From Chiloscyllium plagiosum (Eukaryota), in assembly GCF_004010195.1 (NCBI RefSeq), contig NC_057720.1:20419293-20457082 (forward strand): DNA of 37,790 nt, written 5' to 3'. Shown here in pieces: positions 1 to 10,302 of this stretch. Numbering within the stretch: the first letter of the stretch is position 1; the number at the start of each line of letters is the position of its first letter. A program made the translations under genes and the position numbers. The notes under the pieces were generated by a model. That model was given only the letters and a program-made list of their open reading frames with translations, did not search any database and was not told the DNA's origin.

Positions 1-364
1 GGATTGGACATTCTGGAGGCAGGAAACATGTTTCCGCTGATGGGTGAGTACCGAACCTGAGGACACAGCTTAAAAATACGGGGTAGATCATTTAGGACAG
101 AGATGAGGAGAAACTTGTTCACCCAGAGAGTGGTGGCTGTGTGGAATGCTCTGCCCCAGAGGGCAGTGGAGGCCCAGTCTCTGGATTCATTTAAGAAAGA
201 GTTGGATAGAGCTCTCAAAGATAGTGGAATCAAGGGTTATGGAGATAAGGCAGGAAGAGGATACTGATTAGGAATAATCAGCCATGATCATGTTGAATGG
301 TGGTGCAGGCTCGAAGGGCTGAATGGCCTACTCCTGCACCTATTGTCTATTGTCTATTGTCTAT
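1..364 (+). mobile_element. CR1-clade LINE 3' end (continues off window start)
   Basis: Encodes the CR1 ORF2 C-terminal motif (..FRTEMRRNLFTQRVVAVWNALPQRAVEAQSLDSFKKELD..). Followed by the 3'UTR 'gaagggctgaatggcctactcctgc' and a (TTGTCTA)n tail at ~343-364. Confidence 0.9.
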
Positions 365-365
365 C

Positions 366-1134
366 TTCAACATGTCCTAAGTGCAAGGTTGGTATAAGCA
401 CTCTTACCCACTGTCTCTGTACCTGTGGTAGGCTTCAAACAGACTGGATCGCTGTGGCAGGGGCAATGGAAGGGATTTTGGGTGTAAGTTGGAGAAAGAC
501 CCAATCTCTCTTCTTCTTGGCCCGCCCAGTATGTTCCCTGTAGATGCACATAAGAAAAAACTTTTCAACATCCTCACTTGCTGCGCGAGAAAGAATATCT
601 TGTTAGGTTTGGTATCCAAAAATCCCCCGGTAATGTCGGGTTGGCGGATTGTTATGGAGCATATTCCCTTGGATTTTCTCAGAAGTATGGTACACCACAA
701 AACTAAGAATTTCTATAAGACATGGCGGCCCTTTTTGGAAAGCCTGGACCAGATTTGTCTGCCACACTAATAAGGGTTTTTATGTAGCCGTAACGACTGT
801 GCTTTACCAGTCCAATATCCAGAAAGGAGGAACTGCAAACGTATTAATATGAGAAAACTCTAGATATTCGAGAGTGAATGTTTTGTTTGGTTGAGCTGAG
901 TTATTATTACTAATTGGTTTGTTGTTGGTTATTATTTATTTAGTTAAGTCATTAGTTGGATTTTTTAATGTATATTTTTTTCTATACGTATTTATACATT
1001 TGTACATGAGCGCAGTTTGGATTTTTTACTTTTTTTTGGTGTTCTTTCTTTGTATTGTTTTTAATTGTAATGTTTTGTATTTGTTGTAATATTAAAAAGT
1101 CTTATTTTTTCAATAAAAATATATGTTAAAAAAA
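366..1134 (+). mobile_element. L1/Tx1-clade LINE 3' end (ORF2 C-terminal CCHC knuckle + 3'UTR), degenerate
   Basis: CPKC..STLTHCLCTC..LQTDW matches the L1 ORF2 zinc knuckle. A shifted frame gives ARKNILL..PP..W..IPLDFL..FYKTWRPFL, typical of fish-type L1 C-termini. T-rich UTR, AATAAA at 1112-1117, short A-tail at 1128-1134. Confidence 0.8.
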
Positions 1135-1339
1135 GGAGAGACAAGGTGAAAAGGCAGTCCTCCATGAACTTCCACAGCTGGTACAAGGAGTGAACTTGTA
1201 CTGTTCGCATTTTACACCATAAATTAAACATGCAAGTGAGAGTTAACCAATCAATCAATTTACAATTAAGACCAAGATCTGTGATTGGATTAACATGGAA
1301 ATGTTTATTTGGGACTTCTTTTTTTACATTATTAAATAC

Positions 1340-1541
1340 CTAGCCTGTTGACTAGATTAAAGTCTATAGGCTTATAGTTGGTAATATTCCCAGAACTTGC
1401 ATAAGTTTTTCTTTGCGAGCAACAGTGGGTGAATTGATTGTCTTTACTTAATCTGGCAGGTATATAGAAGTTTTCTAAGATGTTAGAGAAATGAAATTTG
1501 TACTCATGACATGCCATATCTTCCTCCAGGATTTTTTGTTC
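1340..1541 (-). CDS. Candidate internal coding exon of an unidentified gene (202 bp, EQKILEEDMACHEYKF...DFNLVNRL)
   Basis: Non-repeat sequence; minus strand has ctag|GAA acceptor, 67 open codons and a G|gtattt donor. The polypyrimidine tract is weak and I do not recognise the peptide. Confidence 0.2.
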
Positions 1542-1705
1542 CTAGGTACATCATTATATGAGCTGGTATATACTTCTGGAATCACTGGCTAAACATCTAA
1601 TCTGTGTCTGTTGGTAGAGCTATAAAATTTTAACTTACATATCCTCACTCTTAGACTGTTAGTCAAGGAAAAGCTTTCCACCCTTTACAGAAGCACTCTT
1701 AGGTA

Positions 1706-2570
1706 CAGGTGGTTCTCCTATAATGCTGTAGTTGCATTCCAGTGAAACCTCGCTTAATAGAAAATTGCTTCATAGAAATAATGGGACCGATGGGAAAAGT
1801 GGCGTTGGGGAGGACCAGCAAAAAATATCACTCACAATCGCTCAAAAATCACCCAGAAGTGTAACACAAAGTATAGCAAATGAAGATTTAAATCATATTT
1901 ATTAACAAAACAAACGTAAATTTAGCACATTACTTTGAAAAAATATTGTTAATGCGGGGACAGAGGGTGATCAACATCACCACCTTCAGATGCAGCTGTG
2001 GTTGCAAAAGTGAGTGACTATGGTTAATTGACTTCTGAATGTTTCTTGGGGGTTGGCTTAAAAAAGACATCCAGTTTTTGCTACTTTGCCCTTTTTCTTC
2101 TGTCTTGAAGAAGCTGCTCATAGGGTGCCAGGTGATAGCTTATTGAATGAACTGCTAACCTGCTGTGTTCTCTGTTGGAATCGTTGTTCTCGAAGAGCTG
2201 CAACTGCCTCTCAATTTCTCTCAGGACAGAAGACAAAAGAGAAGTGGACAGCTGTTGCTGGTTCTGCATCCTGGATTTCATCTTTTTTTATCTCCAGCTT
2301 CCACGTCCCCCTAGGCGACAAGCTGCTGTAGATCAGTTGTAGAGAGGCTTTCAAATGGGATTCTACCAGGTCTTCAATATGCTCACTTTCCATTTCTGCA
2401 AAGCTGACCTGCGAGTTATATCATATGTTCTCTCCTTATACTTAAAACACTTTATAACATTTATTTTTCCCTTCCAGTGTTATCACCTTTCTTTTGCGTT
2501 CAGCACACATAAAATGATCACGAGGATGCTTCTTGGTAACATTCTTGTCATTATGCCCCTTCATTTTTGC
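1706..2570 (-). mobile_element. Tigger/pogo (Tc1-mariner) DNA transposon, internally deleted; one TIR visible
   Basis: TA followed by the TIR-like CAGGTGGTTCTCCTATAATGC at 1704-1726. Minus strand encodes a transposase C-terminus (FAEMESEHIEDLVESH; LFENNDSNREHSRLAVHSI..YEQLLQDRRKRAK; QKLDVFF) and an N-terminal HTH start (RKRKVITLEGK..VIK) at ~2410-2500. Confidence 0.8.
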
Positions 2571-2647
2571 AAAGAAAAAGACAATCTAGCATTGGATATG
2601 CAGGTGCAAGAACAAATTAGAAAGGCAAATGGTCTGTAGAAGAGTAA

Positions 2648-2950
2648 GCGGCACGGTGCCTCACAGCACTAGGGACCTGGGTTCAATTCCCACTTCGGGC
2701 AACTGTCTGTGTGGAGTTTGCACATTCTCCCCGTGTCTTCGTGGGTTTCCTCTGGGTGTTCCGGTTTCCTCCCACAGTCCGAAGATTTGCAGGTCAAGTG
2801 AATTGGCCGTGCTAAATTGCCCGTAGTGTTCGGTGCATTAGTCAAATGTAAATGTAAAGGAATGAGTCTGGGTGGGTTGCTCTTCAGAGGGTTGGTGTGG
2901 ACTTGTCGGGCTGAAGGGCCTGTTTCCACACTGTAGGGAATCTAATCTAA
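2648..2950 (+). mobile_element. HE1-type tRNA-derived V-SINE
   Basis: B box GGTTCAATTCC; V-domain 'tgtgtggagtttgcacattctccccgtgtc..ggtttcctcccacagtcc'; LINE-like tail 'gaagggcctgtttccacactgta' plus (AATCT)n. The A-box region is deleted. Confidence 0.9.
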
Positions 2951-3010
2951 TGCAGTCCTGTAGGAAGTATCCAGGAATTATACAAGAATATTCTTGTCTC
3001 AGAGGGAGTG

Positions 3011-3510
3011 NNNNNNNNNNNNNNNNNNNNNNNNNNNNNNNNNNNNNNNNNNNNNNNNNNNNNNNNNNNNNNNNNNNNNNNNNNNNNNNNNNNNNNNNNN
3101 NNNNNNNNNNNNNNNNNNNNNNNNNNNNNNNNNNNNNNNNNNNNNNNNNNNNNNNNNNNNNNNNNNNNNNNNNNNNNNNNNNNNNNNNNNNNNNNNNNNN
3201 NNNNNNNNNNNNNNNNNNNNNNNNNNNNNNNNNNNNNNNNNNNNNNNNNNNNNNNNNNNNNNNNNNNNNNNNNNNNNNNNNNNNNNNNNNNNNNNNNNNN
3301 NNNNNNNNNNNNNNNNNNNNNNNNNNNNNNNNNNNNNNNNNNNNNNNNNNNNNNNNNNNNNNNNNNNNNNNNNNNNNNNNNNNNNNNNNNNNNNNNNNNN
3401 NNNNNNNNNNNNNNNNNNNNNNNNNNNNNNNNNNNNNNNNNNNNNNNNNNNNNNNNNNNNNNNNNNNNNNNNNNNNNNNNNNNNNNNNNNNNNNNNNNNN
3501 NNNNNNNNNN
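3011..3510. other. Assembly gap (500 N)
   Basis: Run of N; the round size suggests a scaffolding placeholder. Confidence 1.
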
Positions 3511-4965
3511 CAGACTGCACCAGGCTGAGACTCCAGAACGCACTGGGTCGAGACTCCACACTGCTCCGGGACAAGACTCCATTGTGGACTGGGCGGAGAC
3601 TCCATAGCGCACCAGGCCAAGACCCAAGACCGCACTGGGCCGAGACTCCAAACCGCACCTGGCGGGATTCCAGACTGTACCTGGCTGAGACCCCAGACTG
3701 CACCGGGCCGAGACTCCAGACCACACCAGGCCGAGACTCCAGACCGCACCGGGCCGCGGCTGCAGACCGTACTGGGCTGAGACTCCAGACCGCACCGGGC
3801 CGAGACTCCAGACCGCACCGGGCCGAGGTACCAGACAGTACTGGGCCGAGACACCAGACTGCACTGGGCGGAGACTCCACACTGCACCGACCCGAGACAC
3901 CAGACCGCATGGGCCGAAGCTCCAGACCGCACCGGGCCGAGACTCCACACCACACTGGGCCGAGACACCAGACAGTACCGGGCGGAGATTCCACACCGCA
4001 CTGGGCCGAGACACCAGACCACACTGGGCCGAGACACCAGACAGTACCGGGCGGAGACTCCACACCGCACCGAGCCGAGACACCAGACCGCATGGGCCCA
4101 GACTCCACACCGCACTGAGCCGAGACTCCACACCGCACCCGGCCGAGACACCAGATCGCACTGGGCCGAGACACCAGACTGCACTGGGCCGAGACACCAG
4201 ACTGCACTGGGCAAAGACTCCACATCGCACCAAGCCGAGACACCAGACAGTACCGGGCCGAGATGGCAGACCGCAGCAGGCTGAGACTCCACACCGCACC
4301 ATTCCGAGATTGCAGACCGCACCAGGCCGAGACTCCAGACCGCACCATGCCGAGACTCCAGACCGCACCAGGCTGAGACTCCAGACCGCACCATGCCGAG
4401 ACCCCAGACCGCATCGGACCGAGACTCCAGACCGCATCGGACCAAGACTACAGACTGCACTGGGCCTAGACTCCAGACCGCACCAGGCCGAGATGCCGCA
4501 CCGCACTGCTCCAAGACAACAGACTGCACCGAGCCAAGACTCCAGACCGCTTCGGGCCGAGACTCCAGACTGTACCGGGCCGAGACTTGAGACTGCACCG
4601 GGCTGAGACTCAAGACTGCACTGTGCCGAGACTCTAGATGGTACCGGGCCAAGACTCTAGACTGCACCGGGCTGAGACTCGAGACTGCACCGGGCCGATT
4701 CTCCAGACCGCACTGGGCCGAGACTGGAGACTGCACTGGGCCAAGACTCCAGACCGCACTGGGCCTAGATTCAAGACTGCACCGGGCCGAGACTCCAGAC
4801 CGTACCGGGCCGAGACACCAGACCGCACCGGGCCTAGATTCGAGACTTCACCAGGCCGAGACTCTAGACTGCACCGGGCTGAGACTCGAGACTGCACCGG
4901 GCCGAGACTCCAGACCGCACTGGGCCGAGACTGGAGACTGCACTGGACCGAGACTCAAGAGTACA
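3511..4965. repeat. 23-bp GC/CpG-rich tandem array, consensus GACTCCAGACCGCACCGGGCCGA
   Basis: About 63 diverged copies read directly; the array runs into the gap, so true length is unknown. Confidence 0.95.
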
Positions 4966-4989
4966 CCGGATTTTAAAACACGCTGCCTT

Positions 4990-7900
4990 ACCTCCAGTCC
5001 ACAAGGGACTAGCCCTCCATTACAGCCTCCAGTCTGGGACACCCCTTCCTGTTACAGACTCCAGTCTGGGACTCAGCTACCCGCTACAGCCTCCCGTCCG
5101 GGACTCTCCCTCCCATTACAGCTTCCAGTCCTTGACTTACCCTCCCATTAAAGACTCCAGTCTGGGACTCTACTTCCCATTACAGCCTCTAGTCCGGGAC
5201 TCGCCCTCCCATTACAGCCTCCTGTCCGGGACTCGCCTTCCCATTAAAGACTCCAGTCTCGGACTCGCCCTCCCATTACAGACTCCAATCTGGGACTCTC
5301 CTTCCCGTTACAGCCTCCAGTCTGGGACTCGCCCTCCCATTACAGACTCCAGTCTGGGACTCCCTTCCCGTTACAGCCTCCAGTCTGGGACTCTCCTTCC
5401 CATTACAGCCTCCAGTCTGGTACTCGCCTTCCCGTTACAGCCTCTGGTCCAGGATTCTCCTTCCTGTTACAGTCTCCAGTCCGGGATTCTCCTTCCCGTT
5501 ACAGCCACCAGTCTGAATTCGACTTCCCATTACAGCCTCCAGTCTGGGACTCACCTTTCCGTTACAGCCTTTGGTCTGGGACACTCCTTCCCGTTACAGC
5601 CTCCAGTCTGGGACGCGCCTTCCCATTACAGCCTCTAGTCTGGGACTCTATTTTCCGATACAGCCTCTAGTCTGGGACTCTCCTTCCATTAAAGCCTCCA
5701 GTCTGGGACTCTCCTTCCCGTTACAGCCTCCAGTCCGGGACTCTCCTTCCCGTTACAGACTCCAGTCCGGGACTCTCCTTCCCATTACAGACTCCAGTCT
5801 GGGACTCTCCTTCCCGTTATAGATTCCAGTCTGGGACTCTCCTTCCCGTTACAGATTCCAGTCTGGGACTCGCCTTCCCATTACGGACTCCAGTCCGGGA
5901 CTCTCCTTCCCATTACAGCCTCTAGTCTGGGACTCGCCCTCCCATTACAGACTCCAGTGTGGGACTCTCCTTCCCATTACAGGCTCCAGTCAGGGACTCT
6001 CCTCCCCATTACAGCCTCCAGTCTGGGACACACCCTCCCATTAAAGACTCCAGTCTGGGACTCTCCTTCCCATTACAGCCTCTAGTCCGGGACTCGCCCT
6101 CACATTGCAGCATCCAGTCCGGGACACTCCCTCCCGTTATAGCCTCCAGTCTGGGACTCGCCTTCCCATTACAGCCTCCTGTCTGGGATTCACCTTCCCG
6201 TTACAACCTTCTGTCCGGGACTCTCCTTCCTGTTACAGACTCCAGTCTGGGACTCGCCTTCCCATTACAGACTCCAGTCCGGGACTCTCCTTCCCATTAC
6301 AGACTCCAGTCTGGGACTGTCCTTCCCATTCCAGATTCCAGTCAGGGACTCTCCTTTCCGTTACAGCCTCCAGTCTGGGACTCACCCTCCCCTTAAAGAC
6401 TCCAGTCTGGGACTCTCCTTCCCATTACAGCCTCTAGTCCGGGACTCGCCCTCACATTACAGCATCCAGTCCGGGACTCTCCCTCCCGTTATAGCCTCTA
6501 GTCTGGGACTCGCCTTCCCATTACAGCCTCCTGTCCGGGACTCACTTTCCCGTTACAAGCTCCTGTTCGGGACACACCTTCCCATTACAGACTCCAGTCT
6601 GGGACTCGCCCTCCCATTACAGACTCCAGTGTGGGACTCTCCTACCCGTTACAGACTCCAGTCTGGGACTCGCCTTCCCATTACGGACTCCAGTCCGGGA
6701 CTCTCCTTCCCATTACAGACCACTCTGGGACTCTCCTTCCCATTACAGCCTCCAGTCTGGGACTCTCCTTCCTGTTACAGCCTCCAGTCAGGGACTCTCC
6801 TTTCCGTTACAGCCTCCAGTCCGGGACGCCTTCCCGTTATAGCCTCCAGTCTGGGACTCGACTTCCGATTACAGCTTCCAGTCTGGGACTCTCCTTCCCA
6901 TTACAGCCTCCAGTCCGGGACTCGCCCTCCCATTACAGCCTCCAGTCCTGGATTCACCCTCCCATTACAACCTCCTGTCCGGGACTCACCTTCCCATTAC
7001 AGACTCCAGTCTGGGACTCGCCCTCCCATTACAGCCTCCAGTCCGGGACTCTCCTTCCTGTTACAGACTCCAGTCTGGGACTCTCCTTCCCATTACAGCT
7101 TCCAGTCTGGGACTCTCCTTCCCATTACAGCCTCCAGTCCAGGACTCGCCTTCCTGTTACAGACTCAAGTCCGGATCTCGCCTTCCCATTACAGCCTCCA
7201 GTCTGGGACACGCCTTCTCATTACAGCCTCCAGTCCGGGACTCGCCCTCCCATTACAGACTCCAGTCCTGGATTCACCCTCCCATTACAACCTCCTGTCC
7301 GGGACACACCTTCCCATTACAGACTCCAGTCTGGGTCTCGCCCTCCCATTACAGACTCCAGTCCGGGACTCTCCTTCCTGTTACAGCCTCTAGTCTGGGA
7401 CTTTCCTTCCCGTTACAGCCTCCAGTCCCGGACTTGCCTTCCCGTTATAGACTCCAGTCCGGGACACGCCTTCCCATTACAGCTTCCAGTCTGGGACTCT
7501 CCTTCCCATTACAGCCTCCAGTCCGGGACTCGCCTTCCCATTACAGACTCAAGTCCGGGACTCGCCTTCCCATTACAGCCTCCAGTCTGGGACTCGCCTT
7601 CCCATTACAGCTTCCAGTCTGGGACTCTCCTTCCCATTACAGCCTCCAGTCCGGGACTCGTCTTCCTGTTACAGACTCAAGTCCGGGTCTCGCCTTCCCA
7701 TTACAGCCTCCAGTCTGGGACTTGCCTTCCCATTACAGACTCCAGTCTGGGACACACCCTCCCATTAAAGACTCCAGTCTGGGACTCTCCTTCCCATTAC
7801 AGCCTCTAGTCCGGGACTCGCCCTCACATTGCAGCATCCAGTCCGGGACACTCCCTCCCGTTATAGCCTCTAGTCTGGGACTCGCCTTCCCATTACAGCC

Positions 7901-10182
7901 TCCTGTCCGGGACTCACCTTCCCGTTACAACCTCCTGTCCGGGACACACCTTCCCATTACAAACTCCAGTCTGGGACTCGCCTTCCCTTTACAAACTCCA
8001 GTCTGGGACTCGCCTTCCCATTACAGCCTCTAGTCCGGGACTCGTCCTCACATTGCAGCATCCAGTCCGGGACTCTCCCTCCCGTTATAGCCTCTAGTCT
8101 GGGACTCGCCTTCCCATTACAGCTTCCTGTCCGGGACTCCCCTTCCGTTACAGATTCCAGTCCGGGACTCGCCTTCCAATTACAGACTCCAGTCTGGGAC
8201 TCTCCTTCCCATTACAGATTCCAGTCTGGGACTGTCCTTCCCATTACAGCCTCTAGTCTGGGACTCTCCTTCCCGTTACAGCCTCCAGTCTGGGACTCTC
8301 CTTTCCGTTTCAGCCTCCAGTCCGGGACTCGCCTTCCTGTTACAGACTCAAGTCCGGCTCTCACCTTCCCATTACAGCCTCCAGTCTGGGACACTCCTTC
8401 CCGTTACAGGCTCCAGTCCTGGATTCACCCTCCCATTACAGCCTCCATTCTGGGACACACCCTCCCATTAAAGACTCCAGTCTGGGACTCTCCTTCCCAT
8501 TACAGCCTCTAGTCCAGGACTCGCCCTCACATTGCAGCATCCAGTCCGGGACTCTCCCTCCCGTTATAGCCTCCAGTCTGGGACTCGCCTTCCCATTACA
8601 GCCTCCTGTCCAGGAATCACCTTCCCGTTACAGACTCCAGTCTGGGACTCGCCTTCCCGTTACAGATTCCAGTCTGGGACTCTCCTTCCCATTACAGCCT
8701 CTAGGCTGGGACTCTCCTTCCCGTTACAGCCTCCAGTCAGGGACTCTCCTTTCCGTTACAGCCTCCAGTCCGGGACTTGCCTTCCCATTACAGCTTCCAG
8801 TCTGGGACTCTCCTTCCCATTACAGCCTCCAGTCCGGGACTCGCCTTCCTGTTACAGACTCAAGTCCGGGTCTCGCCTTCCCATTACAGCCTCCAGTCTG
8901 GGACTCGCCTTCCCATTACAGCCTCCAGTCCGGGACTCGCCCTCCCATTACAGCCTCCAGTCTGGGACACTCCTTCCCGTTACAGCCTCCAGTCCTGGAT
9001 TCACCCTCCCATTACAGCCTCCAGTCTGGGACACACCCTCCCATTAAAGACTCCAGTCTGGGACTCTCCTTCCCATTACAGCCTCTAGTCCTGGACTCGC
9101 CCTCACATTGCAGCATCCAGTCTGGGACTCGCCCTCCCGTTATAGCCTCCAGTCTGGGACTCGCCTTCCCATTACAGCCTCCTGTCCAGGATTCACCTTC
9201 CCATTACAGACTCCAGTCTGGGACTCGCCTTCCCGTTACAGATTCCAGTCTGGGAATCTCCTTCCCATTACAGCCTCTAGTCCGGGACTCGCCCTCACAT
9301 TGCAGCATCCAGTCCGGGACTCTCCCTCCCGTTATAGCCTCTAGTCTGGGACATGCCTTCCCATTACAGCCTCCTGTCCGGGACTCACCTTCCCGTTACA
9401 ACCTCCTGTCCGGGACACACCTTCCCATTACAGACTCCAGTCTGGGACTCGCCTTCCCATTACAGACTCCAGTGTGGGACTCTCCTTCCCATTACAGACT
9501 CCAGTCTGGGACTCTCCTTCCCGTTACAGATTCCAGTCAGGGACTCTCCTTCCCATTACAGATTCCAGTCTGGGACTCTCCTTCCCATTACAGCCTCTAG
9601 GCTGGGACTCTCCTTCCCATTACAGCCTCCAGTCAGGGACTCTCCTTTCCGTTACAGCCTCCAGTCCGGGACTTGCCTTCCTGTTATAGCCTCCAGTTCG
9701 GGACTCGCCTTCCCATTACAGCTTCCAGTCTGGGACTCTCCTTCCCATTACAACCTCCAGTCCGGGACTCGCCTTCCTGTTACAGACTCAAGTCCGGGTC
9801 TCGCCTTCTCATTACAGTCTCCAGTCTGGGACTCGCCTTCCTATTACAGCCTCCAGTCCGGGACTCGCCCTCCCATTACAACCTCCAGTCTGGGACACTC
9901 CTTCCCTTTACAGCCTCCAGTCCTGGATTCACCCTCCCATTACAGCCTCCAGTCTGGGACTCGCCTTCCTGTTACAGACTCCAGTCCGGGACTCGCCTTC
10001 CTGTTACAGACTCCAGTCCGGGACTCGCCTTCCCATTACAGCCTCCAGTCCGGGACCCACCTTCCCATTACTGCCTCTGGTCCAGGAGTCGCTTTCCCAT
10101 TACAGCCTCTGGACTGCGACCCTTCTTCCCGCTACACCCTCCGGTCTGCCACTCGCTTCCCCTTGCCAGCCTCCAGTCCTGT
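4990..10182. repeat. 32-bp tandem array, consensus GGGACTCTCCTTCCCATTACAGCCTCCAGTCT, with higher-order structure
   Basis: About 160 copies; degenerate units at both edges; marker variants recur at multiples of 32 bp. Confidence 0.97.
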
Positions 10183-10302
10183 TTAAAAGTTAATAGTTTA
10201 AAAATTAAACGCAATAAATGAGGAGAAAAAGACGGAGAAAAATGGAAGAGAACGGCAGAGTGGGGGAGCTGCAGTTGGAGCATCCTACTCTGCCACCATC
10301 CT
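10183..10302 (-). other. Hairpin-containing cap of the satellite block; resembles a retroelement 5' end or promoter
   Basis: Minus strand begins AGGATGGTGGCAGAGTAGGATGCTCC, which resembles a CpG-decayed AAGATGGCGGC YY1-type motif. Inverted repeat GGCAGAGT (10254-10261) / ACTCTGCC (10287-10294). Confidence 0.3.

Noticed and set aside
2838..5042. Long Cys/Gly/Val-rich ORFs resembling keratin-associated or metallothionein-like proteins
   Set aside because: They are translations of the 23-bp array in several frames and on both strands, and some run through the N gap.
3511..10182. CRISPR-like array (23-32 bp partly palindromic repeats)
   Set aside because: No unique spacers, no cas genes, and a vertebrate context.
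5132..10221. Many Pro/Ser/Leu-rich ORFs (mucin- or extensin-like)
   Set aside because: The 32-bp unit is not a multiple of 3; the same peptide cycles through all frames and stops occur at random.
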